A stretch of DNA of 64,000 bases from positions 235,974,001 through 236,038,000 of the forward strand of contig CM097885.1 of the NCBI GenBank assembly GCA_044892525.1. The letters run 5' to 3'. Shown here piece after piece: positions 62,345-64,000 of this stretch. The notes beneath the pieces are model-generated. The model did no database searches and was not told where the DNA came from. It worked only from the letters and a program-made list of their open reading frames with translations. A program made the position numbers and the translations under genes. Every line of letters begins with the position of its first letter. Position 1 is the first letter of the stretch. Origin of the DNA: Schmidtea polychroa. Taxonomy: Eukaryota.

Positions 62345-62416
62345 GGGTACAGGTCGTAATGGTACTGGTCGTAAGGGTATTAGTCGTAAAGGTACTAGTC
62401 GTAGGGGTATTGGTAA
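62345..62416 (+). repeat. Five copies of a 15-bp GGTACTRGTCGTAAN-like repeat
   Basis: Directly visible GC-richer tandem array. Confidence 0.85.
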
Positions 62417-63287
62417 CACTCAACCACCACCTACCAAGTACTAACAAGCAACATCAACCAGCTAACAACTAAATACCAAGTACATACAACCAACATCAAC
62501 CTGGTACTAAGTATTATCAACCTACAACTATATAACAATCAGTAAACAATACTGTACCAACTACCAAATACAAGATACCAACAACTTAGTACCAACAACC
62601 AGTAACTTACGAACATGTACTAACAACCAAGTAAAAACAATCAAGTAATAACAAATTGATCTTTAAAAGCAAATACTCTTCACTTGCAATATTGGTAACA
62701 CTCAACTACCACCTACTCATTAATTAGCTACCACTAGGTTTCAAACAACAAAATACTAAACACTTACAACCATGTACTAACAACCACCATCAAAACCTAT
62801 CGAGAAATTAACAAATATATACAACTATATGACAACAATCAGTAAACAACACTGTACCAACTACTAAATACAAGATACCAAGTACCAACAATCAACTAAC
62901 AACACATAAAAATAATAGCAATTAAATACAAAATATTCTTCATCACATGCAATATATTCTTGTCATCATCTACAACTAAACTCTATCAATCAGATACCAA
63001 ATATTAACAACCAGATACTTACAACCAACAACTATGTAATAAAAAATTGATCTTTAAAAGAAAATACTCTTCACTTGAAAAATTGGATGAAAAATTAATA
63101 AAAAAAAATGCAATTCATTAATTATCTGATTACCAGTACTTGTATGATTTTCCAATAACTAGATAAAAATTAAATAAATCATTGTAAAAATTTAAATTAT
63201 TCAAAACATAATAAATAACAAAATGTAATGGACGAAAGAACTTTAAATTCTAGTCATTAATCATCCAGTAAATAAAAAAAAATACTG

Positions 63288-63854
63288 ATCATTTAAGTTA
63301 ATCAACTAAGATAATAAAGATAATAAGATCTAGTAGATAATTTATTTTGATTGAATAAATTAACTGAAATAAATTAATTCAGTATGAATTCATTACCATT
63401 ATCAAAGTCAACAATCTACAATAAAAATAATTATCATTAAATTCCAAAAGAGACTAGATAACTAATGATAACATCTAATAAACCAGTAAATTCATTTAAA
63501 TGTCAATAATTGGTATATCCAAGTAAATTTTCTAAAATCATTCAAGTTAATCAACTAAGATAATAAAGATAATAAGATCTAGTAGATAATTTATTTTGAT
63601 TGAATAAATTAATTGAAATAAATTAATTTTAATTATTTTTTAAAAGTAATACACGTATATTGAAATCTATTTACTAATTCCTCAAATTATACACAAAATT
63701 CAGTATGAATTCATTACCATTATCAAAGTCAACAATCTACAATAAAAATAATTATCATTAAATTCCAAAAGAGACTAGATAACTAATGATGACATCTAAT
63801 AAACCAGTAAATTCATTTAAATGTCAATAATTTGTATATCCAAGTAAATTTTCT
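63288..63854 (+). repeat. Tandem duplication of ~250 bp (second copy has a ~70-bp insert)
   Basis: TCATTYAAGTTAATCAACTAAG at 63288 and 63538. Confidence 0.9.
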
Positions 63855-64000
63855 ACTAAAATCATCTAGAAAGCATCAAATTTCCATGAAATATCAATGT
63901 CTTTAAAGATAAGTATTTTATCGATAAATACCCTTAAAAGGCTATATATTTCCCTCAGACTAATAAGATTGCTTAAAATCCCGTTTAAATGACTATAATT

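Overview
AT-rich eukaryotic (probably invertebrate) genomic DNA made mostly of nested mobile elements. Recognisable host sequence is one intronless crooked-neck (CRNKL1/Clf1) gene and the last exon of a theta-like GST. The main signal is a Polinton/Maverick-related system. There are four protein-primed family B polymerase (pPolB) genes of two divergent types. Two of them form the arms of a >=9.5 kb near-perfect palindrome centred on a ~1 kb non-coding module with AGTAG...CTACT ends. A ~7.6 kb element encodes only pPolB, apparently with spliceosomal micro-exons at its 5' end. A separate element carries Polinton ATPase, core-protein and integrase genes and shares the AGTAGGTAG terminus. Nine AGTAG-type termini occur in the window, and every pPolB gene has an outward-facing one on its 5' side. 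Also present: two full-length hAT (Buster/Charlie-type) elements with 8-bp TSDs, several Ty3/Gypsy elements or remnants, a mariner remnant, a short Helitron-like element, a foldback hairpin and simple repeats. All assignments come from reading motifs by eye; no searches were run.
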